A DNA stretch of 32,000 bases from Methanothermus fervidus DSM 2088 (GCA_000166095.1 CP002278.1:690001-722000), one strand, 5' to 3'. Counted from the stretch's first letter, positions 1 through 9,722 are shown. The notes: a model not told the origin generated them from the sequence alone. Made by a program: numbers and translations.

Positions 1-93
1 ATTTATCTATATTATGGTGCGGCAGATACTGTTGTAGGCGTGGCTAAGATTAAAATAAATGATCTATTTTGGCACCTTGGTGTTAAATTGTGA
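1..93 (+). CDS. 3' end (last 30 codons plus stop) of a gene entering from upstream; the C-terminal YYGAADT motif resembles GH130/DUF377-type glycosidase/phosphorylase proteins
   Basis: Frame 1 is open from the window edge to TGA at 91-93 and reads IYLYYGAADTVVGVAKIKINDLFWHLGVKL*. The YYGAADT motif near the C-terminus is recalled as typical of that family; not searched. Confidence 0.35.
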   Translation: MYLYYGAADTVVGVAKIKINDLFWHLGVKL

Positions 94-1905
94 TTACGGA
101 GCATAAAAAATCCACAATGAAGCAAAGATAATTGCTAAGGCAAAAATTACTGGTGCAACAATTTTACTTACAGCCACTGTAGAACTAATAGTAGATATAA
201 GTTCTGTAGATGCTGTGGGTCCAAAGGTATTTAATCCTTCTATTCTTATGACTTTGCATCCAACTTCAACTGGTTCTAAATCAGAAATTGCATTTTTTAC
301 AGACTTTATGATATATTCTATTATTTTTTTTCGATTTTTCATACCTACAGGATTGTAACCTCCAGATAAAGTGTTGACTGAATGTGTGTCAGTTGTCATT
401 ATTTCTGCATCATCTACATAATTTTTTAATTTTTTTAAAATTTCTTCTCTAAAACCTTTTACCATATTATTTGAATCTAATAGTATATATGCAAATTTTT
501 GATTATTGACTTTAGTTACCAGTGTTTTGATACCATCTTCTCCAATGCCTTCCTCTTTAGAAATGTCATTTGGCTTTATAGATGAACATCCAACCTCTAT
601 TGGATATTTTTTAATATTACAGTCTATTTTTTCTATAGCGTCCATAATTTCAAACACTTCTTTATTTCCTGGGAGTATTCTAGCTGTTTCGTTGAAGGAA
701 TTATGACAATCTACAATTATCACGTTTTTTGAATTACATTTTGCTTTTGCAAGATTCATAGCAGCAAGTCCAACACCAAAATCTATATCATCTGAGCCTT
801 TTGGTGAAAAGGTTATTAATAACAATAAATCTTTGCCAAAAAACTGTCCTTTAATTTTGCAGTCTTTACTAGAAACTTTAAAAACTTTACTAGCATGTTT
901 TGAATATTCTATCTTATTTATTTCTTGTTTGATAGCTTTCTCTATTTTATATATTTCTTTAGAGGATACAGGATTGAAATCATGTGTGGAAGGACCATGG
1001 GCAACCATAGTAAACGTATTAAAACGTTTTGACAACAATGCAGGCATGTTAGATCCACCTATTTTACCTATAGGTCCTGGGTGTACACAAGGAGTTATAA
1101 ACAATGCTTTCTTTTTATTTCTGGCTTTAAATGAAATTAGACCAACTAAAGTACTTACAGGTACTCCAATTTCTTTGAATACAGATTCTAACGCTGGTGA
1201 TTCTTCTGTGAGATGTGCTATTGCCATGCTTAATAATTCAAGTGCACCTATACCCAAATTTCTCCTTAAGGGGGATTCAACAACTAATACAAAAGAATAT
1301 ATGGCAAATAAAAATATTGCTGAAGCAATAATTATTTTTATGGAAAGAAGTAGTACACTTAAGTAGCCAACATTCATCGTTATAATATCTAAAAATTTTA
1401 AAATTACAAACATACTTACAATAAGGCCTGGTTGTACAGAACTTATAAGTAATGAATTAGATGCGTTTATATTTGACGTTGTCCATATTATGATCATCCT
1501 TATTGCAAAGACCAATACACAAGTAAAAATAAAAGCATTTAATACAACATCAACTTTAAATATTGCATATATACAACACCCTAAAAGATATATTATTGAT
1601 GATATCGTCATGGCGAAAAATGATAAAAACATGGACTGTTTCATTTTCATTCTTCTTCCACCAAGAGAATTAACCCATGGTTGTGTTATTGCACCACTTA
1701 TAATAGCTGAAACTCCAAAAACTAAAAATCCAAAGGTTCCACCATAAAGAATATTGTAGATAGGATTATGGGCAGTGTCGCAAATAATAAAACTAAGAAT
1801 TCCAATAACAAAACTCACAATTGTTATTGCTAAAAATGAAAATTTTGTATCTGGCAATGATAAAATATATTTTGAAAGATTTTTTATACTCTCCATACTT
1901 GACAT
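94..1905 (-). CDS. Polytopic membrane protein with a large soluble domain and a C-terminal helix (archaeal DUF2070-like architecture)
   Basis: 603-aa ORF. The N-terminal ~230 aa form a run of hydrophobic helices. A soluble region follows (CVHPGPIGKIGGSNMP, TTDTHSVNT), then a terminal hydrophobic helix. The family assignment is from memory only. Confidence 0.6.
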   Translation of the reverse strand: MSSMESIKNLSKYILSLPDTKFSFLAITIVSFVIGILSFIICDTAHNPIYNILYGGTFGFLVFGVSAIISGAITQPWVNSLGGRRMKMKQSMFLSFFAMTISSIIYLLGCCIYAIFKVDVVLNAFIFTCVLVFAIRMIIIWTTSNINASNSLLISSVQPGLIVSMFVILKFLDIITMNVGYLSVLLLSIKIIIASAIFLFAIYSFVLVVESPLRRNLGIGALELLSMAIAHLTEESPALESVFKEIGVPVSTLVGLISFKARNKKKALFITPCVHPGPIGKIGGSNMPALLSKRFNTFTMVAHGPSTHDFNPVSSKEIYKIEKAIKQEINKIEYSKHASKVFKVSSKDCKIKGQFFGKDLLLLITFSPKGSDDIDFGVGLAAMNLAKAKCNSKNVIIVDCHNSFNETARILPGNKEVFEIMDAIEKIDCNIKKYPIEVGCSSIKPNDISKEEGIGEDGIKTLVTKVNNQKFAYILLDSNNMVKGFREEILKKLKNYVDDAEIMTTDTHSVNTLSGGYNPVGMKNRKKIIEYIIKSVKNAISDLEPVEVGCKVIRIEGLNTFGPTASTELISTISSTVAVSKIVAPVIFALAIIFASLWIFYAP

Positions 1906-1995
1906 TTTTTCACATCCAATTTTTTAATTTCATGAAAAGACTGTTGAATAGATTTTTATCTAAAAGATATAATATTTTTGAATCCTGGTGAGAAA

Positions 1996-3942
1996 ATGAA
2001 ATCTATGTCAAATGTAGATGTCTATGCAGTTGTTTATGAATTAAATAAATTATTAAAAGGTTCAAAATTTGTTAAGGCATATCAACCAAGGAAAGACATT
2101 ATAGTGTTGCGATTCCATGTTAAAAATAAGGGTCGGGTAGATGTAATTATACAAACTGGTGTTAGGATTCATGCTACAAGATATTCACTTGAAAATCCCA
2201 AATTTCCACCATCATTCCCTATGCTACTTAGGAAATATTTAAAAGGTGGAATTGTAGAATCTGTAAAACAACATAAATTTGATAGGATTGTAGAATTTAA
2301 TGTTAAGGTTCTAGGTAAGAAAAATTATAAGTTAATAGTGGAATTATTTGGTAAAGGAAATATAATCTTAACAGAAGAAAATGGAAAAATAATTCAGCCA
2401 CTAAGAACTGAGAAATGGAGTGATAGGGAAATTTCGGCTGGTAAAAAATACAAATATCCAGAAAGTAGGGGATTAAATCCATTAAAAATAACTAAATCTA
2501 AACTTAAAGAATTATTATTAAATTCTGATAAAGATGTTGTTAGAACTTTAGCTTTAAATGGTTTTGGAGGAACATATGCTGAAGAAATTGTATATAGATC
2601 AGGAATAGATAAAAACACTCCTTCAAAATCTTTATCAGATAATGAAATCAATAAGATATATGATTCAATAGAGGAAATATATGGATCCCTCAAAGAGTAT
2701 AATTTTAAGCCTCAAATTATAGTTGACAAGGATGTTGTTCCTATTGAATTAAAAATTTATAAAAATTATGAAAAAAGGTACTTTGATAACTTTAATAAGG
2801 CGCTTGACGAATTTTTTACTCCAAAACTCCGTGAAGAATTGAAAAAAGAAAAAGAAAAAGTATGGAAAAATAAAATTGAAAAATTGGAGAGAATATTAAA
2901 TTCTCAAAAAAATGCAATTAAGAGTTTTAAAAAGAAAGCAAAGAAATATAGAGAGATTGGGGATTTAATATATCTCAAATATGAGTTGATATCTAAAGTA
3001 ATAAATACTTTAAAAAATGCTAAAGAAAAATACACTTGGAAAGAAATCATTGAAAAAGTAAAAAAAGCAAAAAAAGAGAATAAAATTAAAATAATAAATT
3101 CTATAACCAAGGATGGAATAGTAACTTTAAATATCGATGGTAAAAGTGTGAATATAGATATCAACAAAAGTCTTGAAAAAAATGCAGAGATTTATTACGA
3201 GAAGGCTAAAAAAATTAGGAAGAAGATTAAAGGCGCAATAAAAGCAATGGAAGAAACAGAAAAGAAGTTAAACAACCTTAAAAAGAAAAGAGACATCGAA
3301 ATAAAGAATATACTCATACCCATCAAAAAAAGAAGAAAATTAAAATGGTTTGAAAAATTTAGATGGTTTATTTCTTCAGACGGATTCTTAGTTATTGGAG
3401 GGAGAGATGCACAAACAAATGAAATAATCGTAAAAAAATACATGGAGGAAAATGACATTTATTTACATGCAGATATTCATGGTGCACCATCAGTTGTAAT
3501 AAAAAATAAAAACAAGAAAATTCCAGAAAATACAATAAATGAAGCAGCTATATTTGCAGCATCATTTTCTAAAGCATGGACATATGGATTAGGATCTGCA
3601 GATGTCTATTGGGTTTATCCTCAACAAGTTACAAAATCCCCTCCTTCTGGAGAATATATATCTAAAGGTGCTTTTGTAATAAGAGGAAAACGGAATTATA
3701 TAAGAAATGTTCCTATAGAACTTGCAGTTGGAATTGTTGATTATGAAGGACCAAGAGTTATGTGTGGACCTGTATCCTCACTTAAAAAATTTTCAAAAAG
3801 ATACGTGAAAATTATACCTGGTTATACAAAAAAAGAGACTATAGCCCGAAAAATATTAAAAATAATAGATAAGGAAAAAATTTTTAGAATTGAAGATATA
3901 ATAAGGGTTTTACCACCGGGAAAATGTGACTTAGTTTCATGA
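1996..3942 (+). CDS. Archaeal NFACT-family protein (Rqc2/NEMF/FbpA homologue, ribosome quality control type)
   Basis: ORF 1978-3942; I place the start at ATG 1996, preceded by GGTGAG at 1987-1992. It has an N-terminal NFACT-N-like region, a long K/E-rich coiled-coil centre and a C-terminal DUF814-like motif (FLVIGGRDAQTNE...LHADIHGAPSVVIK). Confidence 0.8.
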   Translation: MKSMSNVDVYAVVYELNKLLKGSKFVKAYQPRKDIIVLRFHVKNKGRVDVIIQTGVRIHATRYSLENPKFPPSFPMLLRKYLKGGIVESVKQHKFDRIVEFNVKVLGKKNYKLIVELFGKGNIILTEENGKIIQPLRTEKWSDREISAGKKYKYPESRGLNPLKITKSKLKELLLNSDKDVVRTLALNGFGGTYAEEIVYRSGIDKNTPSKSLSDNEINKIYDSIEEIYGSLKEYNFKPQIIVDKDVVPIELKIYKNYEKRYFDNFNKALDEFFTPKLREELKKEKEKVWKNKIEKLERILNSQKNAIKSFKKKAKKYREIGDLIYLKYELISKVINTLKNAKEKYTWKEIIEKVKKAKKENKIKIINSITKDGIVTLNIDGKSVNIDINKSLEKNAEIYYEKAKKIRKKIKGAIKAMEETEKKLNNLKKKRDIEIKNILIPIKKRRKLKWFEKFRWFISSDGFLVIGGRDAQTNEIIVKKYMEENDIYLHADIHGAPSVVIKNKNKKIPENTINEAAIFAASFSKAWTYGLGSADVYWVYPQQVTKSPPSGEYISKGAFVIRGKRNYIRNVPIELAVGIVDYEGPRVMCGPVSSLKKFSKRYVKIIPGYTKKETIARKILKIIDKEKIFRIEDIIRVLPPGKCDLVS

Positions 3943-4194
3943 TTTCTTTAATATGAAATTTAGATCAATAGCATATCTTCCTTCCTTATCAGACACTATA
4001 ACAGATTCGCTGTTCATAAGCATACCAATGTTAATCTCATAAACACCGTCTTTTTTAATTGATATTGTTTCAATGCCATCTTTATCTTTCTTTTCTTTTA
4101 AATATCTAAAAAATTTATTGCCACAATTAGGACAACCATTAATAACATCTTTCATGGATTTATATTTTTTCTTACATTTGATGCATTGATGCAC
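3937..4194 (-). CDS. Small Zn-ribbon protein (CxxC...CxxC), third gene of the GTPase triad
   Basis: The ORF track gives 3937-4215 with a TTG start. I prefer GTG at 4194, preceded by GGTGAT, which gives [25 protein letters not shown]. Two CxxC pairs are present. It overlaps the upstream gene by 23 nt. Confidence 0.6.
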   Translation of the reverse strand: MHQCIKCKKKYKSMKDVINGCPNCGNKFFRYLKEKKDKDGIETISIKKDGVYEINIGMLMNSESVIVSDKEGRYAIDLNFILKKS

Positions 4195-4552
4195 AAGAAT
4201 CACCAAGCTTTGCAACTATTGAAAGAAAATTAGGTTTCCTTTTAACAGTTTTCATAATATTTGCAGGTCCAATAATTGTAAATTTTACATCTTTTTTACT
4301 TGAGAAGCCTAAAAATGATTTTTTATTTTTTTCAAACTTTTGAATGTCTATTCCAATAAAATTTTCAGTATCAATCTCTCTCATCGTTGTTTCAATGAGT
4401 TCTGCCTCCTCAGTAGGAGATAACCCACCCTCAATTACCAAAATATTTCCATTTTTAACTTTTTCAAGAATCATCGATATTTTTTCCATACTAGTTTTTT
4501 TGTTAAGCAATTCACGAGATAAAAAATCCATTTTTAATTTTTCTTTTTCCAT
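4172..4552 (-). CDS. Small conserved archaeal protein (DUF2073-like), middle gene of the GTPase triad
   Basis: ORF 4172-4591; the likely start is ATG 4552, with a perfect GGAGGT 6 nt upstream, immediately after the GTPase stop codon. The family name is recalled, not searched. Confidence 0.6.
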   Translation of the reverse strand: MEKEKLKMDFLSRELLNKKTSMEKISMILEKVKNGNILVIEGGLSPTEEAELIETTMREIDTENFIGIDIQKFEKNKKSFLGFSSKKDVKFTIIGPANIMKTVKRKPNFLSIVAKLGDSCASMHQM

Positions 4553-4562
4553 TTGAAACCTC

Positions 4563-5147
4563 CTATCTAAAAGTACGTAGCATGGTCTCATACAATTTAT
4601 CTAAATTTTCTTTTTTAAGGGCAGATATAGGAACTACAATATGTTGTGGGAATATAGATTCTATTTTTTGTGGTTTAGCTTCTGGTAGATCTATTTTATT
4701 TGCAACAATGAAAAATGGTATGTCTCTTGCCTCTAAATTTCCTATTATAGTTACATTTGCTTGTGTTAATGGATCTCTGGTTGAATCCATAACCAATAAT
4801 ACGCCATCTACGTCATTTAACCACTTAATTGCTTCAATTACTCCTTTTGTTGCCTCTTTAGCTCTTTTTTTAGCTTCATCAGGAGGTAAACCAAACTCTA
4901 AAAATTTCCTATAATCAACTTTTGTTGTTATTCCTGGTGTATCTACAATGTCAAAAATCAATTTTGCACCGTCTTTTTCAATTACAACTTCTCTTTGAAA
5001 ATTTACTTTTCTAGTTTCATGGGGAATTTCAGATACTTTGCCTAATGATTTTCCAACCCAATCTTCACAAATTGCATTTGCAAGCGTTGTTTTTCCTGCA
5101 TTAGGGTGTCCATATATTCCCAATTTTAATTTTTTATTTCTTCTCAA
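4563..5147 (-). CDS. Small Era/EngA-like GTP-binding protein
   Basis: G1 GHPNAGKT, G3 DTPG, G4 NKID and G5 SAL(K) are present in a 194-aa ORF. The track start is a TTG without an obvious SD, so the start is uncertain. Confidence 0.8.
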   Translation of the reverse strand: MRRNKKLKLGIYGHPNAGKTTLANAICEDWVGKSLGKVSEIPHETRKVNFQREVVIEKDGAKLIFDIVDTPGITTKVDYRKFLEFGLPPDEAKKRAKEATKGVIEAIKWLNDVDGVLLVMDSTRDPLTQANVTIIGNLEARDIPFFIVANKIDLPEAKPQKIESIFPQHIVVPISALKKENLDKLYETMLRTFR

Positions 5148-5183
5148 GAGTTTATCAAGTATTTTTGAAAAAAATTCACAATA

Positions 5184-5882
5184 TCACTCCTCATAACTTT
5201 CTCCCGGATTTAAAACTACTACTTTTGTTTCTGGAGATTCTCTTTTAACTAAATCCCTAAATTCTTCAGGATCTTGTTTTATTACAGGGAAAGTATTGTA
5301 GTGCATAGGTATTACCACGCGCGGAGATATCCATTTTACAGCAATTGCTGCATCCTTAGGATCCATTGTGTAGTGTCCACCAATAGGTAACAAAGCAATA
5401 TCTGGTTTATAAATTTCACCTATTACAGTTTTCATGTCGCCAAAAAGTCCTGTATCTCCTGCATGGTAAATTTTTTTATTGTTTTCCAACTCTATTATAA
5501 AACCAGCAGGATGACCGCCTGGTCTTCTTTCACCCATTATATCTACAGTACAAGAATGTTTTGCTTCCACCATTCTTATCTTAATATTTTCAATTTCCAA
5601 AGAACCTCCTATATTCATACCTTCAGCTCTAAGACCATTTTCAGAAAATATCTCTGAAAGTTCATGAATAGTGACAGCTGTTGCATTTGTTTTATTTACA
5701 ATATCTAAAGCATCACCAAAATGATCTCTGTGGCCATGTGTTATACATACAATGTCAGGTTTAAATTCTTCTACAACTTTATCACAAGCAGGATTTTCGC
5801 TTATGAACGGATCTATTAATATTTTTAGGCCTTCTTCAGATATTATTTCAAAAACAGAGTGGCCAAACCATGTTATTTTCAC
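5184..5882 (-). CDS. Metallo-beta-lactamase-fold hydrolase, UPF0173 family
   Basis: The sequence begins MKITWFGHSVFEI and carries an HxHxDH motif (HGHRDH). The GTG start overlaps the stop of the upstream gene (GTGA). Confidence 0.8.
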   Translation of the reverse strand: MKITWFGHSVFEIISEEGLKILIDPFISENPACDKVVEEFKPDIVCITHGHRDHFGDALDIVNKTNATAVTIHELSEIFSENGLRAEGMNIGGSLEIENIKIRMVEAKHSCTVDIMGERRPGGHPAGFIIELENNKKIYHAGDTGLFGDMKTVIGEIYKPDIALLPIGGHYTMDPKDAAIAVKWISPRVVIPMHYNTFPVIKQDPEEFRDLVKRESPETKVVVLNPGESYEE

Positions 5883-6841
5883 GTTAATTTACCTCCTATC
5901 TCTTTTGAAATCCCCCATGCTTCTTCAAATAGTTTTTTTATTTTAGATACAGATTCCTTATCTTTATATACACTGCCTACCTCAAAACTATCATAAATTG
6001 GGTCGGTTGATATAAGAATCCCTTGTTTGTTATCCACAACAGCTGCTATAGTTGGTATATTTTCCATAACTTTGATCTTAACACCATTATCTATTAAAAG
6101 TTTTAAAATACTCGTAGCAATTTCATCATCAAGGTTTGCCTCTTGCACTATTAACTTACAATTGTCAACACTTATTAATTTTTTAACAACATCTAAATTC
6201 ATTTCTCTTATCCAAGGATATGTCATCAAAATTTCTTTTTTGCCACTCATTATTATTTTTCTTAAAGTTTCATCTAATTTTGAGTCATCAAAAGACCATA
6301 TAATATTTGATTCACCTATTTCTCTTAAAGGTGTAGTACTTGACAATTTTTCATTTATAAATCCTTGTATGTCATCAATACTTCCAATAGAATTTGTTAT
6401 TTGTTTCAATCTTCCACTAAGACCTTTATTTTTCCTCTTTAACTTTTCTTTATCTTTAATTTTTTGTGTTTTAACTTTCTTTTTTTCTATTCTTTCAACA
6501 GGTTTTTTTATTTCTTTTTTTTCAATCTTAGGCTTAGGTTTGATAGTTTCAATAGCTTTTTTTAATCTTTCGATTTTTGGTTTTTTAGGTTTTGGTTTTT
6601 CTTTTAAAACAGGTTCTTTTCTTTTTGATTCAATGCTCTTTATAGGTCTCTTAAGTTCTCTTATGTCAGTAGAAATGCCAGAAATAGCTATTAATGTCAT
6701 TAAAAGACCTATCACAAATAGTATCACACCAACAACATACATAAAAAAGTTTGGAGGGATTGTAAATCCAAAAGTTATCACTATGTAAGCACCAAGAATT
6801 AATATGAAAGGCGCTGTTAATGCTAAAGCAATGTATTTCAT
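5879..6841 (-). CDS. Membrane-anchored protein: two N-terminal TM helices, an ~80-aa Lys-rich linker and a globular C-terminal domain; function unknown
   Basis: 320-aa ORF. The hydrophobic N-terminus covers aa 1-57. The linker reads KRPIKSIESKRKEPVLKEKPKPKKPKIERLKK...KEKLKRKNK (aa ~61-140). The C-terminal alpha/beta-looking domain is vaguely TrmB-C/PLD-like, which is speculative. Confidence 0.6.
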   Translation of the reverse strand: MKYIALALTAPFILILGAYIVITFGFTIPPNFFMYVVGVILFVIGLLMTLIAISGISTDIRELKRPIKSIESKRKEPVLKEKPKPKKPKIERLKKAIETIKPKPKIEKKEIKKPVERIEKKKVKTQKIKDKEKLKRKNKGLSGRLKQITNSIGSIDDIQGFINEKLSSTTPLREIGESNIIWSFDDSKLDETLRKIIMSGKKEILMTYPWIREMNLDVVKKLISVDNCKLIVQEANLDDEIATSILKLLIDNGVKIKVMENIPTIAAVVDNKQGILISTDPIYDSFEVGSVYKDKESVSKIKKLFEEAWGISKEIGGKLT

Positions 6842-6889
6842 TAATTATCCTCCAAAATATTATCAATTATAAATTTTAAAATATTATAT

Positions 6890-7462
6890 TTATGAAGTTT
6901 TTGCTCGTGCAAGATCTTCAAGAGTTCTCTCCAAAATATACCTAGCATGGTCTTGTTTATGTCTAATGTTTATAAGCCCTTTTGGATAATCAAAAATTAG
7001 CAACTCATCATGTAAATTTTTAATTGAATTACAAATTTTTTCTGCCTCATCTAAATCATTCTTAACCAATTTTTCTAAAAAATATCTTCTAAGTTCACCT
7101 ATTAGATCACCAATGCCAAGTAAATAATGAGACTCTGGGATTCCAATTTCCTCTGGAAGAGGAAAATCTTTCTTATTTATATAATTATAAAATAACAATG
7201 CCTCTACATATTCTTGGTGTGCATTCCTAACATATCCTGCATAATACAAATCGGGGTGATCTTTAAGCATTTTTCTGAGTTTTTTAACTAATTTTTCTGC
7301 ATTCCTTAATTTTTCAGTTGCTAAATCTAACTCATCTTTATGTAATGCTCTTATACATTCTCCTGACAATCTTATTATCTTTCTAGTTATTTGTAAAGTT
7401 TCTTCTCTTAATTCATCTTTTTTATCAAGTACTTTTTTTATTTTTTTGATTACGTTTTTCAT
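6890..7462 (-). CDS. Translin-family protein (archaeal predicted RNA/ssDNA-binding)
   Basis: All-helical ~190-aa protein with HQEYVEALLF and GIGDLIGELRR motifs, which I recall as typical of archaeal translin-like proteins. ATG 7462 overlaps the upstream stop (ATGA). Confidence 0.7.
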   Translation of the reverse strand: MKNVIKKIKKVLDKKDELREETLQITRKIIRLSGECIRALHKDELDLATEKLRNAEKLVKKLRKMLKDHPDLYYAGYVRNAHQEYVEALLFYNYINKKDFPLPEEIGIPESHYLLGIGDLIGELRRYFLEKLVKNDLDEAEKICNSIKNLHDELLIFDYPKGLINIRHKQDHARYILERTLEDLARAKTS

Positions 7463-8802
7463 TTTAACCACACAGTCACATAGTCTGACCTTTCCTTGAA
7501 TTTTTTACCTGGTTTTATTATATCAACGCCAAACATCGCTGCATATGCATTATCAAAACTTGAGGTAGGAATTTCAATCATCACAGAATTTTTATTTCTA
7601 TTCATACTTATATTTTGCACTGAAATACTATTACTTGCAAATTTTTTACAAAATGCATTATTCCCTCTACATATAATGTCTATTCGTGAAACATTCTTAT
7701 CGCTAAATATCCTCACATGGAAAATTACAATACAGTTCTCACTTATGTTATAGTTGGTTGAAACACCTAGTTTAATTTTATTTCCTTGATGTAAGATGGA
7801 TAATGCCACAATGTCGCCTTGAGATATATCACTTATATTCACTTTTTTCTCTTGCTTTGCCTTAGAAGCTAAAATAGAAGGTACGGTTATATTTTTTGAT
7901 ATTTCTAGTTTTGGTTCTGGATATATTCCAAATAGCTCATTTCTCCTTACAAATGCTTCAAGTGTGGGATCTGGTGTTATTTGTGATTTATATTGTGACA
8001 AGGCTTTAGCTTTTGCTTGTTCTTCTTCTTCAGTTAAGTTGAAATATACCCACCTAACATGTCTTCTCAAAAGTTTTGGAGGTTCTAATGTCATTTGGGG
8101 GCTATAATAAGGCGGACTTGGCCATCCCTTTATTTTATGGACAAGATATGTATATTTTGTGCAGGTATATTTCATTTTTGTTAAAGTGTATTGTACAAAG
8201 AGGTATGTAGCCCAATGATCAGTGTGATAATCTCCAGGATCAGGGTATATGATTATTGTAGGTTTCGTTACACTTATAATTTCCTCAAGATTATTTACAA
8301 CGTTTTCTCCACAATATTCTTCTCCTTTTTTATATGCAAATGAATAAGGTACATGATCATATCCGTTTGCACCTTTGTATGGATTCCCAGGATCCCAATA
8401 TTTATCAAACATTGCAGCCAATCCACAATCAGGAAACCCTAGAAAAATGACATGATTTTCAGGTAGTCCTAATTTTTTGGCAGCATTTATCGTCTCCTGA
8501 TGTCTTAGATATCCTAATCTAACAGGGTTTATAATATTCTTTTTCCCAAGTTTTCCTTCTGCATCTCCACAAGTCATTACAACAACGTAAACCGGAATAT
8601 TTTCTTTTACAGCTTTATTAATTAATCCGCCTGCAGCAAGTACTTCATCATCAGGGTGCGGGGCAATCACCAATATTCTGTCGGATGACTCCAAATGAAC
8701 AACGTTTTCTGGCTGATTTTTATCAGAATAAACAGAGTAAATAAATGTTATCATGATTAAAATTGCAACAAAAATTATTGCCATCTTATTCATATTTCTC
8801 AA
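7459..8802 (-). CDS. PIG-L/LmbE-family de-N-acetylase with an N-terminal signal-anchor and an extra sequon-rich C-terminal domain
   Basis: The motif LVIAPHPDDEVLAAGG follows a single N-terminal TM helix. The track start, GTG 8811, lies inside the SD GGAGGTG, so I prefer TTG 8802 (6-nt spacing); ATG 8793 is an alternative. Confidence 0.75.
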   Translation of the reverse strand: MRNMNKMAIIFVAILIMITFIYSVYSDKNQPENVVHLESSDRILVIAPHPDDEVLAAGGLINKAVKENIPVYVVVMTCGDAEGKLGKKNIINPVRLGYLRHQETINAAKKLGLPENHVIFLGFPDCGLAAMFDKYWDPGNPYKGANGYDHVPYSFAYKKGEEYCGENVVNNLEEIISVTKPTIIIYPDPGDYHTDHWATYLFVQYTLTKMKYTCTKYTYLVHKIKGWPSPPYYSPQMTLEPPKLLRRHVRWVYFNLTEEEEQAKAKALSQYKSQITPDPTLEAFVRRNELFGIYPEPKLEISKNITVPSILASKAKQEKKVNISDISQGDIVALSILHQGNKIKLGVSTNYNISENCIVIFHVRIFSDKNVSRIDIICRGNNAFCKKFASNSISVQNISMNRNKNSVMIEIPTSSFDNAYAAMFGVDIIKPGKKFKERSDYVTVWLK

Positions 8803-8870
8803 TATTTTCACCTCCTTTCCATAAAGACAAAGTTTATCTAAAAAGAAAGAAATATTTAAATTTTTCTTTT

Positions 8871-9668
8871 TTAGCAGTCTATGTCGTCTAAAATTTTTAA
8901 TATTTCCTTTATATTTTTAATGACAATGTCAGAAGCATCTAAAACATCATTAGGTATTTTTTCTCCATGTTGGAGAGTTAATATACCTACGTCTGCAGCT
9001 TTTAGTGCCAATACATCGTTTGGACCGTTTCCTACCATAACAACTTTACCTCTTTTTTTAAAATTTTTTACAACCTTCTCTTTTCCTTTAGGATCAAGAT
9101 GTCCAAAAACATTAGAAATAGGTATTTTTATAATCCTTGCCAACTCTTTCAAAGCTTCTTCTCTATCACCAGAAGCAATATAGACCTCTATGTTTCTCTT
9201 TTTTAATTCATTTATAACTTCTTTAACACCAGGAAATAATTTTCCACCAGCTGCTAATAAAAATTCTATTTCACAGGTGTCCAGGTTTCCAATGAATCCT
9301 GAGCCTGTACATATTTGTATATTAAAGCCTTTTTTACCTACTTTCCTCAATAAATCTTGTAATTCCTTAACTGTACATTCACAAGTTTTTAACATTTTAA
9401 TAATTGTTTTGTTCTTAATTTTGAATGGATAAGTAGCACTTACTCTTATTTTGTTCTTCTTGATAAAATCATATATTTTTTGATTTGGGTTGGCATTAAG
9501 TAAACATGAGAGTGAGTCTGTATCTATACCTAACAAAACACGATTCTTTGTATGGTCTACAATCTCTTGGGAACCTATGTCAAAACAATATTTACCAGAT
9601 CTTAAGTCCTTAACAGCAATATATCTTTTTGTTAACGTTCCTGCATTGTCAAACACAAATATTTTCAT
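8871..9668 (-). CDS. HAD-superfamily protein resembling the soluble catalytic core of P-type ATPases
   Basis: It has FDNAGTLT (DKTGT-like), GDREEA and MVGNGPNDVLALKAADVG (GDGxNDxxAL-like), with no TM segments. Start ATG 9668 is preferred because the only TATA element (9723-9732) sits just 3 nt upstream of the track start at 9719. Confidence 0.7.
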   Translation of the reverse strand: MKIFVFDNAGTLTKRYIAVKDLRSGKYCFDIGSQEIVDHTKNRVLLGIDTDSLSCLLNANPNQKIYDFIKKNKIRVSATYPFKIKNKTIIKMLKTCECTVKELQDLLRKVGKKGFNIQICTGSGFIGNLDTCEIEFLLAAGGKLFPGVKEVINELKKRNIEVYIASGDREEALKELARIIKIPISNVFGHLDPKGKEKVVKNFKKRGKVVMVGNGPNDVLALKAADVGILTLQHGEKIPNDVLDASDIVIKNIKEILKILDDIDC

Positions 9669-9722
9669 TTTACTGACGGCCTTTATCAATAAACAACATT
9701 TAATATTCAAAAACCTCATTAA

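Noticed and set aside
506-1747. Plus-strand ORFs (506-706, 833-1366, 1490-1747) inside the 603-aa membrane-protein gene
   Set aside because: They are antisense shadows of a well-supported long ORF. They have low-complexity, S/F/L/I-rich sequence, no SD motifs and no recognisable domains.
6422-6661. Tandem DNA repeat or minisatellite in the Lys-rich region
   Set aside because: There is only low-complexity A/T-rich codon reiteration (AAA/AAG/CCA/GAA). I could not define a repeat unit of fixed length.
6027-6788. A 253-aa plus-strand ORF opposite the Lys-rich membrane protein
   Set aside because: Its F/L/S-rich composition is simply the complement of K/E/I codons. It lies fully within the better-supported minus-strand gene, which is coupled to its neighbours.
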